This document shows, piece by piece, positions 20,178-30,427 of a stretch of DNA of 64,000 nt (its first letter is position 1; the number at the start of each line of letters is the position of its first letter). This DNA comes from a bacterium (GTDB taxonomy: Bacteria; Patescibacteriota; Dojkabacteria; JAKAPS01; JAJZLI01): contig JAJZIL010000001.1 in NCBI GenBank assembly GCA_021810605.1, positions 604-64,603 on the forward strand. The letters are read 5' to 3'. Below the pieces are notes generated by a model. The model ran no database searches. It was not told the origin of the DNA and saw only the letters and a program-made list of their open reading frames with translations. The translations under genes were made by a program, and so were the position numbers.

Positions 20178-21063
20178 CAGATAAAACTGTTTTCATATTA
20201 GATATTAATTTATCTTCAAAATCTTTATCTAATTTTACTCCCATATACATCAAAGATATAATATATGGTTCTATAATAAGATATTTAAACATATTCCAAG
20301 AACTAATACTTTTTCCCTTAAAAAGACTATTAGTTGCATTTTCATATAGACCTATACAAGACTTGTATAATATAGATAAGTCTTTTACAGCTAATTCTTC
20401 TATATTCATATTTCTACGAAAAACAGAAGCCTCCCAATCAACTATTTTAACTTTACCTTTTAAATCAACAACAAAATTTTTTAACTGTGAATCTCCATGA
20501 CATATTTTTAAAGAATGTATTTTTGAAAGAGATTTAGCTATACCTTCAAGCATAGCTTTTGATGTATCATGGTTATTACTTGATTCATCATATAAATCAC
20601 CCCAATTATATCTATCTAAGGATACTACAGAAAAATTTGTTTTTGTAAATAAATAAGCATGATCTTGATACTTTAAAAACATTAAAGGAGGAAATACAGA
20701 TATTCCTAATGAACTAACTTTTCTCATCTTCAAAAGTTCTTTTGCTCCACTTTGATTTTGTGAATAAAATTTAGATGCTACAGGAATTGAATATTCTCCA
20801 TTATGATTTCTATAATATAAGTTTAAAAAAGAAACTTTATGAGCAGAACCTCCAGATAAAACAACTTGGCTTGATCTATCTACTCGTATTTCTTCTAAAT
20901 CTCTAATTCTGTCTAATGAGGGATCAACATATATCCCATCAGGGAGATATATCTTATTTACAGAAGATTCTAGTACTTTGTTAATACTTGAAAATTCACC
21001 AGACTTAAATAATAATAAATCCTCAATAGGACTAGGTTTTGATATATCTTGCTCAAGATTCAT
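20167..21063 (-). CDS. protein-kinase-like fold protein (Kdo/WaaP/RIO-like lipopolysaccharide kinase family)
   Basis: 298 aa. VLSGGSAHKV (Gly-rich loop), IPVASKF (VAIK-like), ICHGDSQLKNFVV (catalytic loop HGDxxxxN) and KIVDWEAS (DFG-equivalent). Confidence 0.55.
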   Translation of the reverse strand: MNLEQDISKPSPIEDLLLFKSGEFSSINKVLESSVNKIYLPDGIYVDPSLDRIRDLEEIRVDRSSQVVLSGGSAHKVSFLNLYYRNHNGEYSIPVASKFYSQNQSGAKELLKMRKVSSLGISVFPPLMFLKYQDHAYLFTKTNFSVVSLDRYNWGDLYDESSNNHDTSKAMLEGIAKSLSKIHSLKICHGDSQLKNFVVDLKGKVKIVDWEASVFRRNMNIEELAVKDLSILYKSCIGLYENATNSLFKGKSISSWNMFKYLIIEPYIISLMYMGVKLDKDFEDKLISNMKTVLSVSF

Positions 21064-21607
21064 TTAAATATTTTATATATTGAGATTTAAAAAAACTTTT
21101 TAATTTTTCATGATTATTCTGGGGATCATACTTATCTAAATCATCTAGTAAAAACGAATAATCTTTTATACTAGAGTCACTTTCCTCTAAAGAAAATGTA
21201 GATGGAATAAACTGTAACCACTCCCTCTCTCCAGGACACAAAGCAATAGAAGATAAATCCAATTTATTGAACTTATATCCTTCTTTATTAACTTTTGCAA
21301 ATATTTTTGCTAGTACATCAAAAATTTCATAAGAACCAATATAATTTTCTTCTCTATCTCCTTCAACAAAAGTAAAAATCTTCATAGGAATTGCATTAAT
21401 AGGAACTTCAAATAAATCATCATTTACTCTTCTGAAAACAGGTAAACTTTCAGGATAATCTTCCAATAAAAAATCATATTTAATATATCTATATCTTCTA
21501 CCTTCTTCTATTACAATATAATCTCGACCTTTAACTAAATTATGGAAGGTATGTAAACCATCTGTCTCTACTATTTTTGATTTTGAACGTTCTTCTTCAA
21601 CATCCAT
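21053..21607 (-). CDS. hypothetical protein, translationally coupled to the kinase-like gene
   Basis: 184 aa. 11-nt overlap with the downstream kinase-like ORF. Confidence 0.5.
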   Translation of the reverse strand: MDVEEERSKSKIVETDGLHTFHNLVKGRDYIVIEEGRRYRYIKYDFLLEDYPESLPVFRRVNDDLFEVPINAIPMKIFTFVEGDREENYIGSYEIFDVLAKIFAKVNKEGYKFNKLDLSSIALCPGEREWLQFIPSTFSLEESDSSIKDYSFLLDDLDKYDPQNNHEKLKSFFKSQYIKYLNES

Positions 21608-21690
21608 TAATACATAGATTAATATTATAAGATGTGTATTATACTCTTTAAATATTATTATTTCAATAGAATATTATATATAATATACAT

Positions 21691-22794
21691 ATGAAAAAGA
21701 TTTTATTTGTATATGATGTCATATACCCATATCAATTAGGTGGTGCTGAAAAAAGAATACATTCTATATCAAAATATATAAAGAAAGATTTTGATGTAAG
21801 TATTATAGGTATGAGGAAAAATGGAATGGTAGATCATTTTGATAAAAATAAAATACATTACTATACACTTACAAAATATAGTAATTTATATGACTCAAAA
21901 GGAAAAAGAAAGATTTATTTAAGTATAAGATTTGCAATTGATCTATATTTTTTCCTTTTAAAAAATAACTTCGATATAATCGATGCTACAGCAAATCCAT
22001 ATTTCCATATATTTGCAATAAAATTAGCACTCATCAATAAAAGAAACTCAAAATTCTTTGTAACCTGGCATGAATACTGGGATAAAAAATATTGGATACA
22101 ATACTCTTCCCCAATTGTAGGAAGAATCGGTTTTATAATTCAAAATCTAGCATTAAAATTTTCAGAAAATATCATCTCTGGAAGTAATTTTACAAAAAAA
22201 AAATTAGAAAAAAAAACAAAAAAGAATATTCAACTAATTTCAAATGGAATTGAAGATATAAAAATAAATAAAAGTAAAAAAATTTATGATATTGTTTATA
22301 CAGGAAGAATAATTGATTTTAAAAATATTGATAAAATATTAAAACTTTTGAATATTTCCCCAAATCTAAATATATTAATTATAGGAGATGGCCCAGAATT
22401 AAAAAAATATAAAGAAGAATATAACAATAAAAATATAACATATACAGGATTTCTAAAAAAAGATATTGAAGTATATAGATATTTATCTCAATCTAAAATA
22501 TTCATGATACTTTCTGAAAGAGAAGGATTCTCAATATCAACCATAGAAGCAATGAATATTGGACTTCCTGTTATATGTTATAAAGGAGAGAATAATGCTG
22601 CAAAAGAGCTTATTGATAATAATAAAAATGGTATATTAGTAAATCTTAATTTAGAAGATATAAATAAATCTATTATTGATATAAATAATAACTATAAATT
22701 TTATTCCCAAAATGCAAAAAAAACTTCAAATAAATATTTATATTCAAATATTAGTAAAGACTATATTGATTTTATAAATACTAATTCAAAATAA
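21691..22794 (+). CDS. glycosyltransferase family 1 (GT4)
   Basis: 367 aa. YPYQLGGAEKRI at the N-terminus. C-terminal EREGFSISTIEAMNIGLPVI ... NGILVN matches the E-x7-E region of GT4. Confidence 0.75.
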   Translation: MKKILFVYDVIYPYQLGGAEKRIHSISKYIKKDFDVSIIGMRKNGMVDHFDKNKIHYYTLTKYSNLYDSKGKRKIYLSIRFAIDLYFFLLKNNFDIIDATANPYFHIFAIKLALINKRNSKFFVTWHEYWDKKYWIQYSSPIVGRIGFIIQNLALKFSENIISGSNFTKKKLEKKTKKNIQLISNGIEDIKINKSKKIYDIVYTGRIIDFKNIDKILKLLNISPNLNILIIGDGPELKKYKEEYNNKNITYTGFLKKDIEVYRYLSQSKIFMILSEREGFSISTIEAMNIGLPVICYKGENNAAKELIDNNKNGILVNLNLEDINKSIIDINNNYKFYSQNAKKTSNKYLYSNISKDYIDFINTNSK

Positions 22795-23152
22795 ATGAAT
22801 AAAAGATATTATCCCTAATATAAAAATAAAGATAATAAATAATACTATCAAAAAACAAGAAAAGCACCCTAAAAACCCATATGAAGAATATATTTTTTTA
22901 GTATTACCTATTGTATATACCTGTACATTCTGACTATTTATCATGATATATCAAGACAATAATCTATTATACTATAAAATTCTTTTAATTTTAGGAATAT
23001 ATATAAATATCAATAACTTCCATATTCAAAAGTTCAACCTGAATTATAATAGTAACATTAAATATTTATAAAGAAATTTTATCTAATTATTAATATTTTC
23101 TATACTGTAGATCTTATTTATAAAAAATAATATATGTTTTATAATCAAGAGA

Positions 23153-24067
23153 ATGGAAAATCAGGCAAAATATAAAAAGTTTATAGAGAGAATAAATTCA
23201 AATTGGGCTAATTTCACAGAAAAAAGAAAATCTCTTCTCATACAACAAGAAAGATTTGGAAAAGTTCCTGAGAAAATTACAGAAAATATTATATTTCATC
23301 TATTTACAGAAGTACTAGATTGGAACATTAAAGATATTAACTATCAGATAGATTATGCTGATATAGAAATAACAAAATTAGGTATAAAAAGAATATTAAT
23401 AGAAACAAAAAGACCTGGAGGAATAATATGGGATCAGTTCAAAATAGAAAAACATATTAATCAAGCACTCAGATATGCATATGCACAAAAAGTATCAGTT
23501 ATAGGTATATCTGATGGAGAGAAGCTATATATTCTAAATGTTAAAGGAGGGTTAATTGAACCTCGCATATTTATATCTCTAGACACAGAGACTCCTAATG
23601 AAGATTTATATTATATAAGTGTAAATGGAATAGATAAAAAGAAAAATATAGATATAGATTTAAAAAATAATCAAAAAGAAAGTCTCATAAAAGATACAGA
23701 AAAAGTTATTAATAATGAGCTTCTAAATACTCAATATAATCTCCCAGCACGTTGTTTTGCATACATAGGAAATCCTAATAAACCTACAACATGGAAACTT
23801 CCTTATTTATTGGAAGATGGATCAGTAAATATTAAAAGATTACCTGGAGCAGTACAATGTGTAGTTACAAATTTTAGAGGTCTACAAGTAAAAACTATAC
23901 CCGAGAAGGATATTCCTTCAGTTTTATTGAAATTAGGAAAAGCAGCAAAAAGTGTTGGGAAATTAGATCCAGAAAATCCGAAAATGGCAAATTGCTACAA
24001 ACAATTGTATAATGCTGTAGTTCAACTAGGATATTTAAAATATGAAGAAAATAGCAATATATCATAA
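23153..24067 (+). CDS. stand-alone HsdR-N-like / PD-(D/E)xK nuclease-fold protein
   Basis: 304 aa. IDYADIEI...(13 aa)...ILIETKRPGG matches the D-x(n)-(D/E)xK core and the 'vvEaKrp' signature of the type I restriction enzyme R N-terminal domain. Its end overlaps the next GT gene by 26 nt. Confidence 0.45.
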   Translation: MENQAKYKKFIERINSNWANFTEKRKSLLIQQERFGKVPEKITENIIFHLFTEVLDWNIKDINYQIDYADIEITKLGIKRILIETKRPGGIIWDQFKIEKHINQALRYAYAQKVSVIGISDGEKLYILNVKGGLIEPRIFISLDTETPNEDLYYISVNGIDKKKNIDIDLKNNQKESLIKDTEKVINNELLNTQYNLPARCFAYIGNPNKPTTWKLPYLLEDGSVNIKRLPGAVQCVVTNFRGLQVKTIPEKDIPSVLLKLGKAAKSVGKLDPENPKMANCYKQLYNAVVQLGYLKYEENSNIS

Positions 24068-25184
24068 TTTACCTTCTGGTGGGGCAAAAAGAGCTTTATA
24101 TGAGTATGTGAAGAAATTACATAAAGATTATTATATTGATCTATATACATTATCAACTACTAATGAAGATTTTCTTCCATTAAAATCATTTGTAAATAAT
24201 ATTTTTATATATAAATATAGACACTCTGATGGAATAAAAAGTAGTATTTCAATATTAACAAAATTAAAATTTGTAAATAAAAAAATAGCAAAAAATATTG
24301 ATAGTAACTCATATGAATTTGTATATGTAAATCACTGTCAGTATACTCAATCTCCATATATACTCAGATATCTTAAAACAAAAACTGTATACTATATACA
24401 AGAACCTTTAAGATTAGCTTATGAATTTAATATAAAATATTATCAATATGCAATACTAAAAAAACTTCTCACATATTCAGCTATTAAAGTATTAAAAAAT
24501 ATTGACTTAAAAAATGCAAGGAGTGCAGATAAAGTATTATCTAATTCTTATTATTCATATGAAAGTATTTATAAGGCATATGGGATTGTTAGTAATATAT
24601 GTTATCTAGGAGTAGATACATCACTGTTTAAATTTCTAAATCTAAACCAAAAAAATCAGATAATAATGGTTGGTGCATTATCTCAAGAAAAAGGGCAATT
24701 GTATGTACTAGAAAGTCTTTCATTATTAAAAAAAGAAGAGAGACCATTAATGATAATGGTCGCTAATAGACATAATAAACAATATTATTACGAAATTATA
24801 AAAATTGCAAAAGAATTAGATATAAAAATTAAAATATTAAAAAATATCCCTGATAAAAAGCTTGTAGAATTGTATAATGAATCTATTGCAACAATATGTT
24901 TTGCAAAAGTAGAACCTTTGGGATTAACAGTATTAGAATCTTTTGCATGTGGAACCCCTGTTATTGCTGTAAAGGAAGGAGGCTATAGAGAAACGGTCTT
25001 AAACAATAAAAATGGATACTTAGTAAATAGAAACAGAAAAGAGTTATCTATAGTAATACGAAAATTAGCTAATAATCCTTCACAAAGAAAAAAATTTAGT
25101 AATTATTCAATAGAATATATTAAAAAATATTGGACATGGGATAAAAGCTTTAAAAATTTTAAAAAACTTATTAATGAAAAATAA
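24042..25184 (+). CDS. glycosyltransferase family 1 (GT4)
   Basis: 380 aa. KVEPLGLTVLESFACGTPVIAVKEGG ... NGYLVN. Confidence 0.75.
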   Translation: MKKIAIYHNLPSGGAKRALYEYVKKLHKDYYIDLYTLSTTNEDFLPLKSFVNNIFIYKYRHSDGIKSSISILTKLKFVNKKIAKNIDSNSYEFVYVNHCQYTQSPYILRYLKTKTVYYIQEPLRLAYEFNIKYYQYAILKKLLTYSAIKVLKNIDLKNARSADKVLSNSYYSYESIYKAYGIVSNICYLGVDTSLFKFLNLNQKNQIIMVGALSQEKGQLYVLESLSLLKKEERPLMIMVANRHNKQYYYEIIKIAKELDIKIKILKNIPDKKLVELYNESIATICFAKVEPLGLTVLESFACGTPVIAVKEGGYRETVLNNKNGYLVNRNRKELSIVIRKLANNPSQRKKFSNYSIEYIKKYWTWDKSFKNFKKLINEK

Positions 25185-25191
25185 ATATTCT

Positions 25192-26184
25192 TTATTTTTT
25201 TAAAATCCACTTAATAGGAAATATAGATTTTTCAAAATATTTTAATAGATTTTTATTTTTTACTTTAGAATTTTTCAATATAAATATTCTTTTTTTATAG
25301 ATAAGAGGGATCATCGAAAAAAATCCAATATATGATTTCATTAAAATTCCTAATTTCCACCTTTTTGTATATAAAATACTTAATCCAAATTGCATAATTA
25401 CTATTGGAATAAAATATTTAAACAAAAGATATGTTGGATAATTTTTATATATTGTTAATAAAACATTTCTTGAATGATAGTATCTCGCGAAATCACTTTC
25501 TTCTCCAGCAGTAGTTCCTCTTTTATGGTAAATTATAGATTTTATTTCAAATTTTGGTATATATCCTTTATGTATCAATCTAAATCCTATATCTAGATCT
25601 TCTGAGTACATAAAAAAATCTTCATCAAAATATTCATTATTACAAGAGATATTTTTTAAAGCTTCTGCTCTATACAAAGAACATACCCCTTCAGAACTAA
25701 ATAAATTTTCTTTAAAAATTTTATTTTTTTCCTTATTAAGATTGAGTATTAATGCTATTCCAGATTTATAATAATATATTCCACAACTATCTATTACATT
25801 TCTATTTTTATATTGTAATACTTGTGGCATTATTGATCCTATTTTTTCATTCTTTTCAGCACTATCTACTAGATATTCTAAAAAGCTTCTATCTACTACA
25901 GTATCATTGTTCAATAACAGTACATATTTAGATGTATTTTCCTTTATAATTTCTCTAATAGCAAGATTATTTCCACCTGAAAATCCTAAATTTTTATCAC
26001 TCTGAATTAAATGAATATACTTTCTAAATTTCTTTTTTAATCTCTCTCCTTCATTATTTTTTGAGGCATTATCCACTACAAAAACATCATAATTAGGGTA
26101 TTTTATTTTTTTTAGAGAGTCCAAACATTCGATAGTATCTTCAATACCATTATAATTGATTGTTATTATTGATACTTTAGGCAT
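25192..26184 (-). CDS. glycosyltransferase family 2
   Basis: 330 aa. VSIITINYNGIEDTIECLDSL, NNDT, and C-terminal hydrophobic helices. Confidence 0.8.
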   Translation of the reverse strand: MPKVSIITINYNGIEDTIECLDSLKKIKYPNYDVFVVDNASKNNEGERLKKKFRKYIHLIQSDKNLGFSGGNNLAIREIIKENTSKYVLLLNNDTVVDRSFLEYLVDSAEKNEKIGSIMPQVLQYKNRNVIDSCGIYYYKSGIALILNLNKEKNKIFKENLFSSEGVCSLYRAEALKNISCNNEYFDEDFFMYSEDLDIGFRLIHKGYIPKFEIKSIIYHKRGTTAGEESDFARYYHSRNVLLTIYKNYPTYLLFKYFIPIVIMQFGLSILYTKRWKLGILMKSYIGFFSMIPLIYKKRIFILKNSKVKNKNLLKYFEKSIFPIKWILKK

Positions 26185-27217
26185 GATTTTTATTTAAATT
26201 ATAATACTTTTCAAATGATTCTATAAATTTACCTTTTGTATCAGGATATTCTATTAAATCTCCATTTTTTAATACCTCTTTGTGTGAACATAGATTAAAT
26301 GCTATTGAAGGTTTTCCACAGAACTCAGCTTCAACTATAGGTAAATCAAATCCTTCCCATATACTACACGTTGCATAAAGATTACTCCCTTTATAATAAT
26401 TTGGCAAATCATCATCTTTTATAAACCCAGTAAATATAACATTTTTATTTGCAAGTTTCTGTAATTTTTTAAAATATTCTTGAAATGTTGGTTTTCCAAC
26501 TATTATTAAATATGAGTTTATATATTTTTTATTAAAATTTTTAAAATATTTTATTAATAAATCTACTTTCTTATGAGGAGAGATTCTTCCTACATATAGT
26601 ATAATAAAACTATCTTTTGGTAAGTTGTATTTTTTTCTTATATCTAAATTAGAAGGTTTTTTATTATATCTATCCTTATCTATTTTATCATATATAATTT
26701 TACTACTTCTCCCTGTTTCTTTCTTCAGAATATTTCCTAAATATTTAGAAATTGATATTACTTCATCTGTATTTCCAATACTTATATTATTTAGTATTTT
26801 TATTACTTTTATATATATCTTTTCATAAAATTTTGAGAATGTAATAGTATCTGCAACTCCATGGTTATAATAAATATATTTTAAATTAGGATTTCTCTTT
26901 TTTGCAAAATAAGCAATAACATTCATTGGATAAAAATGACTATATACAATATCATAAGATGATATAATTTTTGAATACTTAGAAATTGTAAAAATATCTA
27001 GAAAAAATAAAAGTCTATATATTCTTTCAAATAAAAGATTCTTAAAAATTTTTATTTCATATATCTTTATCTGTGTATCTTCTAATTTTATATCTCCATA
27101 TAAACAATAGATATTTACATCACTACCTTTTTTACTTAATTCTAAAGCTTGAGTCTCTACAACTCTATCAATTCCACTAAATTTAGAAAAAGTTGGAGTT
27201 AATATTGCTATTTTCAT
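26177..27217 (-). CDS. glycosyltransferase family 1 (GT4)
   Basis: 346 aa. MKIAILTPTFSKFSGIDRV and EGFDLPIVEAEFCGKPSIA. Confidence 0.75.
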   Translation of the reverse strand: MKIAILTPTFSKFSGIDRVVETQALELSKKGSDVNIYCLYGDIKLEDTQIKIYEIKIFKNLLFERIYRLLFFLDIFTISKYSKIISSYDIVYSHFYPMNVIAYFAKKRNPNLKYIYYNHGVADTITFSKFYEKIYIKVIKILNNISIGNTDEVISISKYLGNILKKETGRSSKIIYDKIDKDRYNKKPSNLDIRKKYNLPKDSFIILYVGRISPHKKVDLLIKYFKNFNKKYINSYLIIVGKPTFQEYFKKLQKLANKNVIFTGFIKDDDLPNYYKGSNLYATCSIWEGFDLPIVEAEFCGKPSIAFNLCSHKEVLKNGDLIEYPDTKGKFIESFEKYYNLNKNHA

Positions 27218-27285
27218 ATAATAATTATTATATCATTATATTGACTCTAGGTGTCAAAGGAATTATATTAATATTTTATATAGAA

Positions 27286-29832
27286 TTATATATTCCATGA
27301 TATAAACCATTTTATTAAATTCTTCTTATTAAAAGTTAGAGAGTTATCTTCTTTTAATATTTTTTCTGCTAAATTATTTAAAATTTCCTTATCAAAAATT
27401 TCATTATTTTTTAAATTATTTTCTAAATAATTATCCTTCTTTAAAAATTCTATTAGTTTAATTAAACTTTTTTTATCTATAACAAATTTATGTATATATT
27501 TTTTTATATAAATTGAGTTATTTTCTTTCTCTTTTATATCTATAGTAGTAGAATTACCTAACCATAAATATAATGCATAAAAGAAATCTTTAGAATTGTT
27601 ATTTTTAAATGCATTATATTTAGTCTTATCAATAAATGTATTTACTATTTTATTTATTTCTATTCTCATTTCTGGTTTATATAAAAATTGACCACCATTA
27701 TATAAATTAAGGTTATTATATAAAGAAACCATAAAGTAAAAATTATCCTTATTTATAATAGAATAAATATTTTTAAATATATTTATAATTTCATTTTCAC
27801 TAAACATATTTAAAAGATTCTTAATAAAAAATATATATATATTATTATCTTTAGCACTCTCCTGTAATTTCAAAATATTATTACAAATCATTTTGATTAG
27901 ATTTACAGATCCTTCCTTAGTTAACCCCCATTCTGGTATCGCCAACTTATCCATAAAAAGACTTCTATCTTGAAATTTTAGAAAAATATTAAAAATATCT
28001 TTTTCATCACCATTATTTATTAATTCTATATTATATCTAATTTCTCTATTATGTATATCTTTTTTACTTATCTTCATAGTGAAATATCTGTAAAGACTAT
28101 CTTCACTACAGATTCTAGAATTAATACTATCTTTATCTGTATTCTCACTATTAAAAGGAATCAAACCTATATAAATATTAGAATATTCTTTATTTATTAA
28201 AGCTCTATTTTTATCTGCTAAATCGTATATATTCGGGAATAAAAGACAAATTATAGAGAATACATATTCCTTATATTTAATATCAATACTTTCTAATAAA
28301 TGATTTAAATGATCTAATGTTGTTCTCTCAATAAGAGACTTATCTATACCAATAACAGAATAAAGACCTTTTTTATCAATATTTATATAAATATTAGAAT
28401 TCAAATATATATCATCATAAATAGTAAGAAAGAAAGTTTTAAGTATTTCAAGTATAAGGAAATCTGTTAAATAAATATCTTTATTATTAATTCTATTGTC
28501 ATTCTTTTTAGATATTCCAGAAATATCGAAATTCACAAGATTAATATATTTTTTAACTTTCCTCAAATCAGTAAAATAAGATCCAAAATAATTAAAATAT
28601 GCAAAAGAATAATCATCTATTTTCTCATCAAAATATTCATATATTTTTATTAAATTTTTTTCTATATAATCTAATATATATTCAGGAAGAAATTTTGGGA
28701 CAGATTGATCAAATTGAATAAATTTTTCAAGATATAAGGAATCTTTAACTATATCTTGTATTTTTTTATTTACAACATCTTTGTCAAAAGAAAGTATGAA
28801 TAATAATTTTTTAAAATTACTTACAGAGTTTACTAATTTAAAAACATACAGGATATCTTCAGGAGATAATCTATCTATATTATCAATAATAATAATTATC
28901 TTTTGATCTGTTTGTTTAATAATATCACTAATGCTATTTTTTACATTTTGAAAACTTAGATTATTCAATGAAATTTTAATGAAACCAAAAATATTCAATC
29001 CGAGTGAAGATAATGTAGTATATTTAGACAATAATGATTTTAAATTTCTTATAAAATATTTTTCATTAAGAGTAACCTCTATTTCATTATACAGACCATT
29101 TAATATTGCAGTTTTATTCTCATAATTCCATGGATTAAAATCTATAACACTAATATTTTTTTCTTTTTTTTCATTAATTTTCTCTTTTAATAGATTTAGA
29201 ATAGAAGTCTTTCCAGAACCCCATTCTCCATATAAACCGAAAACAAAACTTTCTTCAAATTTAATATTCTTAATTTTATTAAAAATATCCTCAACAAAAT
29301 TTTCTCTTTCAAAAATATCTTTTTTCTTACTCTTAATTGGGTCATCTGATTTAAAGTCAAATAGATTTTCTCTTCTATTTTTATCTTTTTTCTTTTTCCC
29401 CATAATAAGAGGAACCATAAGTCTTATTATAAGTACATATAAAATAATAATATTCTTCTTATATAAAATATATAACAGAATTAATAAACCTCCTCCTAAA
29501 ACATAATCCAACCAATTTATTGGGAAAAAATGTATTATTGATTCCAAATATTTTTTAAAGAAACGCTTAATGCTTATAAAATTATGAATAATAAATAGTA
29601 TGCAACCAAAAATAAAAATTATTATATAAATGTAATATGGGAAAGTAAAAATATATTGATGTATAACTTTACATAACCAATTATAATAAACTTTTCCAAA
29701 CCTATTAGAAATAAATTCAATAATATAAAATAAAAGTACTAAATATATTAAATATACTGTAGAAATATATACGATAAGTTTAATTATATCTTCTTTAAAA
29801 TCCAAATTATTTATAATTCTCCTAATTTTCAT
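27286..29832 (-). CDS. KAP-family P-loop NTPase with N-terminal TM helices
   Basis: 848 aa. FGLYGEWGSGKTSILNLL is the KAP Walker A (GxWGxGKT/S). IIIIIDNIDRLSPEDILYVFKLV is the KAP Walker B/hhhhDDlDR motif. Four TM helices precede the P-loop. Confidence 0.75.
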   Translation of the reverse strand: MKIRRIINNLDFKEDIIKLIVYISTVYLIYLVLLFYIIEFISNRFGKVYYNWLCKVIHQYIFTFPYYIYIIIFIFGCILFIIHNFISIKRFFKKYLESIIHFFPINWLDYVLGGGLLILLYILYKKNIIILYVLIIRLMVPLIMGKKKKDKNRRENLFDFKSDDPIKSKKKDIFERENFVEDIFNKIKNIKFEESFVFGLYGEWGSGKTSILNLLKEKINEKKEKNISVIDFNPWNYENKTAILNGLYNEIEVTLNEKYFIRNLKSLLSKYTTLSSLGLNIFGFIKISLNNLSFQNVKNSISDIIKQTDQKIIIIIDNIDRLSPEDILYVFKLVNSVSNFKKLLFILSFDKDVVNKKIQDIVKDSLYLEKFIQFDQSVPKFLPEYILDYIEKNLIKIYEYFDEKIDDYSFAYFNYFGSYFTDLRKVKKYINLVNFDISGISKKNDNRINNKDIYLTDFLILEILKTFFLTIYDDIYLNSNIYINIDKKGLYSVIGIDKSLIERTTLDHLNHLLESIDIKYKEYVFSIICLLFPNIYDLADKNRALINKEYSNIYIGLIPFNSENTDKDSINSRICSEDSLYRYFTMKISKKDIHNREIRYNIELINNGDEKDIFNIFLKFQDRSLFMDKLAIPEWGLTKEGSVNLIKMICNNILKLQESAKDNNIYIFFIKNLLNMFSENEIINIFKNIYSIINKDNFYFMVSLYNNLNLYNGGQFLYKPEMRIEINKIVNTFIDKTKYNAFKNNNSKDFFYALYLWLGNSTTIDIKEKENNSIYIKKYIHKFVIDKKSLIKLIEFLKKDNYLENNLKNNEIFDKEILNNLAEKILKEDNSLTFNKKNLIKWFISWNI

Positions 29833-29837
29833 ATCTA

Positions 29838-30224
29838 TTAAAATATCCCCTCTAACTTATAATCTAATGTCAGAAATTTATCTGCTATATCTATTAAATA
29901 TGGTGAAATCATTTGTTTTGAATCTAAAGCTGTAAGATAAACATTTCCTCCTTGTTCTTCAATTGCTTCAAATAGGGGGATATAATCTCTATCATTTACC
30001 AGGAATACTGTATTTTGGATTCTATTATTTACTATAGATAATAATGCATCATAGAATAATTTAATATATAATCCTTTTTCTCTTTTTTGAAAATAATACC
30101 TATATTTAGAGTCTAGTTTTTCAAGTTCTGAACCAGGAAACCCTTTCTTAATATTAATCCTATACTCTAGAATTTCCCAATAATCTTTATATCTCGAGGT
30201 TCTAGAGTCTAATATATTAATCAT
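29838..30224 (-). CDS. NYN/LabA-like nuclease domain, C-terminal portion
   Basis: 128 aa. TVFLVNDRDYIPLFEAIEEQGGNVYLTAL aligns to the NYN 'vlvSgDsDfvplv..lre.GkkVivv' block, with the DxD retained. Confidence 0.45.
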   Translation of the reverse strand: MINILDSRTSRYKDYWEILEYRINIKKGFPGSELEKLDSKYRYYFQKREKGLYIKLFYDALLSIVNNRIQNTVFLVNDRDYIPLFEAIEEQGGNVYLTALDSKQMISPYLIDIADKFLTLDYKLEGIF

Positions 30225-30427
30225 AAGATGGATCCTATCATCTCCTTTTTAAAGTAGAAATTTGCCCTTATAGATTGATAAATATTCTCCAGCCAAATCT
30301 CAAATAAAGCATTAATTAATTTTGTTATATCTATTTTTTTATTCTTTAACTGTAGTCTTAATTTATAAAGATCATTAATACTTGCACATAAGTGAGGCTC
30401 ATCAATCATTATATATCCTGTATCCAT
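30221..30427 (-). CDS. possible N-terminal portion of the same NYN/LabA-like protein (split by frameshift, or a separate coupled gene)
   Basis: 68 aa. YIMIDEPHL resembles the NYN N-terminal 'vfIDgeNl' strand. ATGA overlap with 29838-30224. Confidence 0.3.
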   Translation of the reverse strand: MDTGYIMIDEPHLCASINDLYKLRLQLKNKKIDITKLINALFEIWLENIYQSIRANFYFKKEMIGSIL

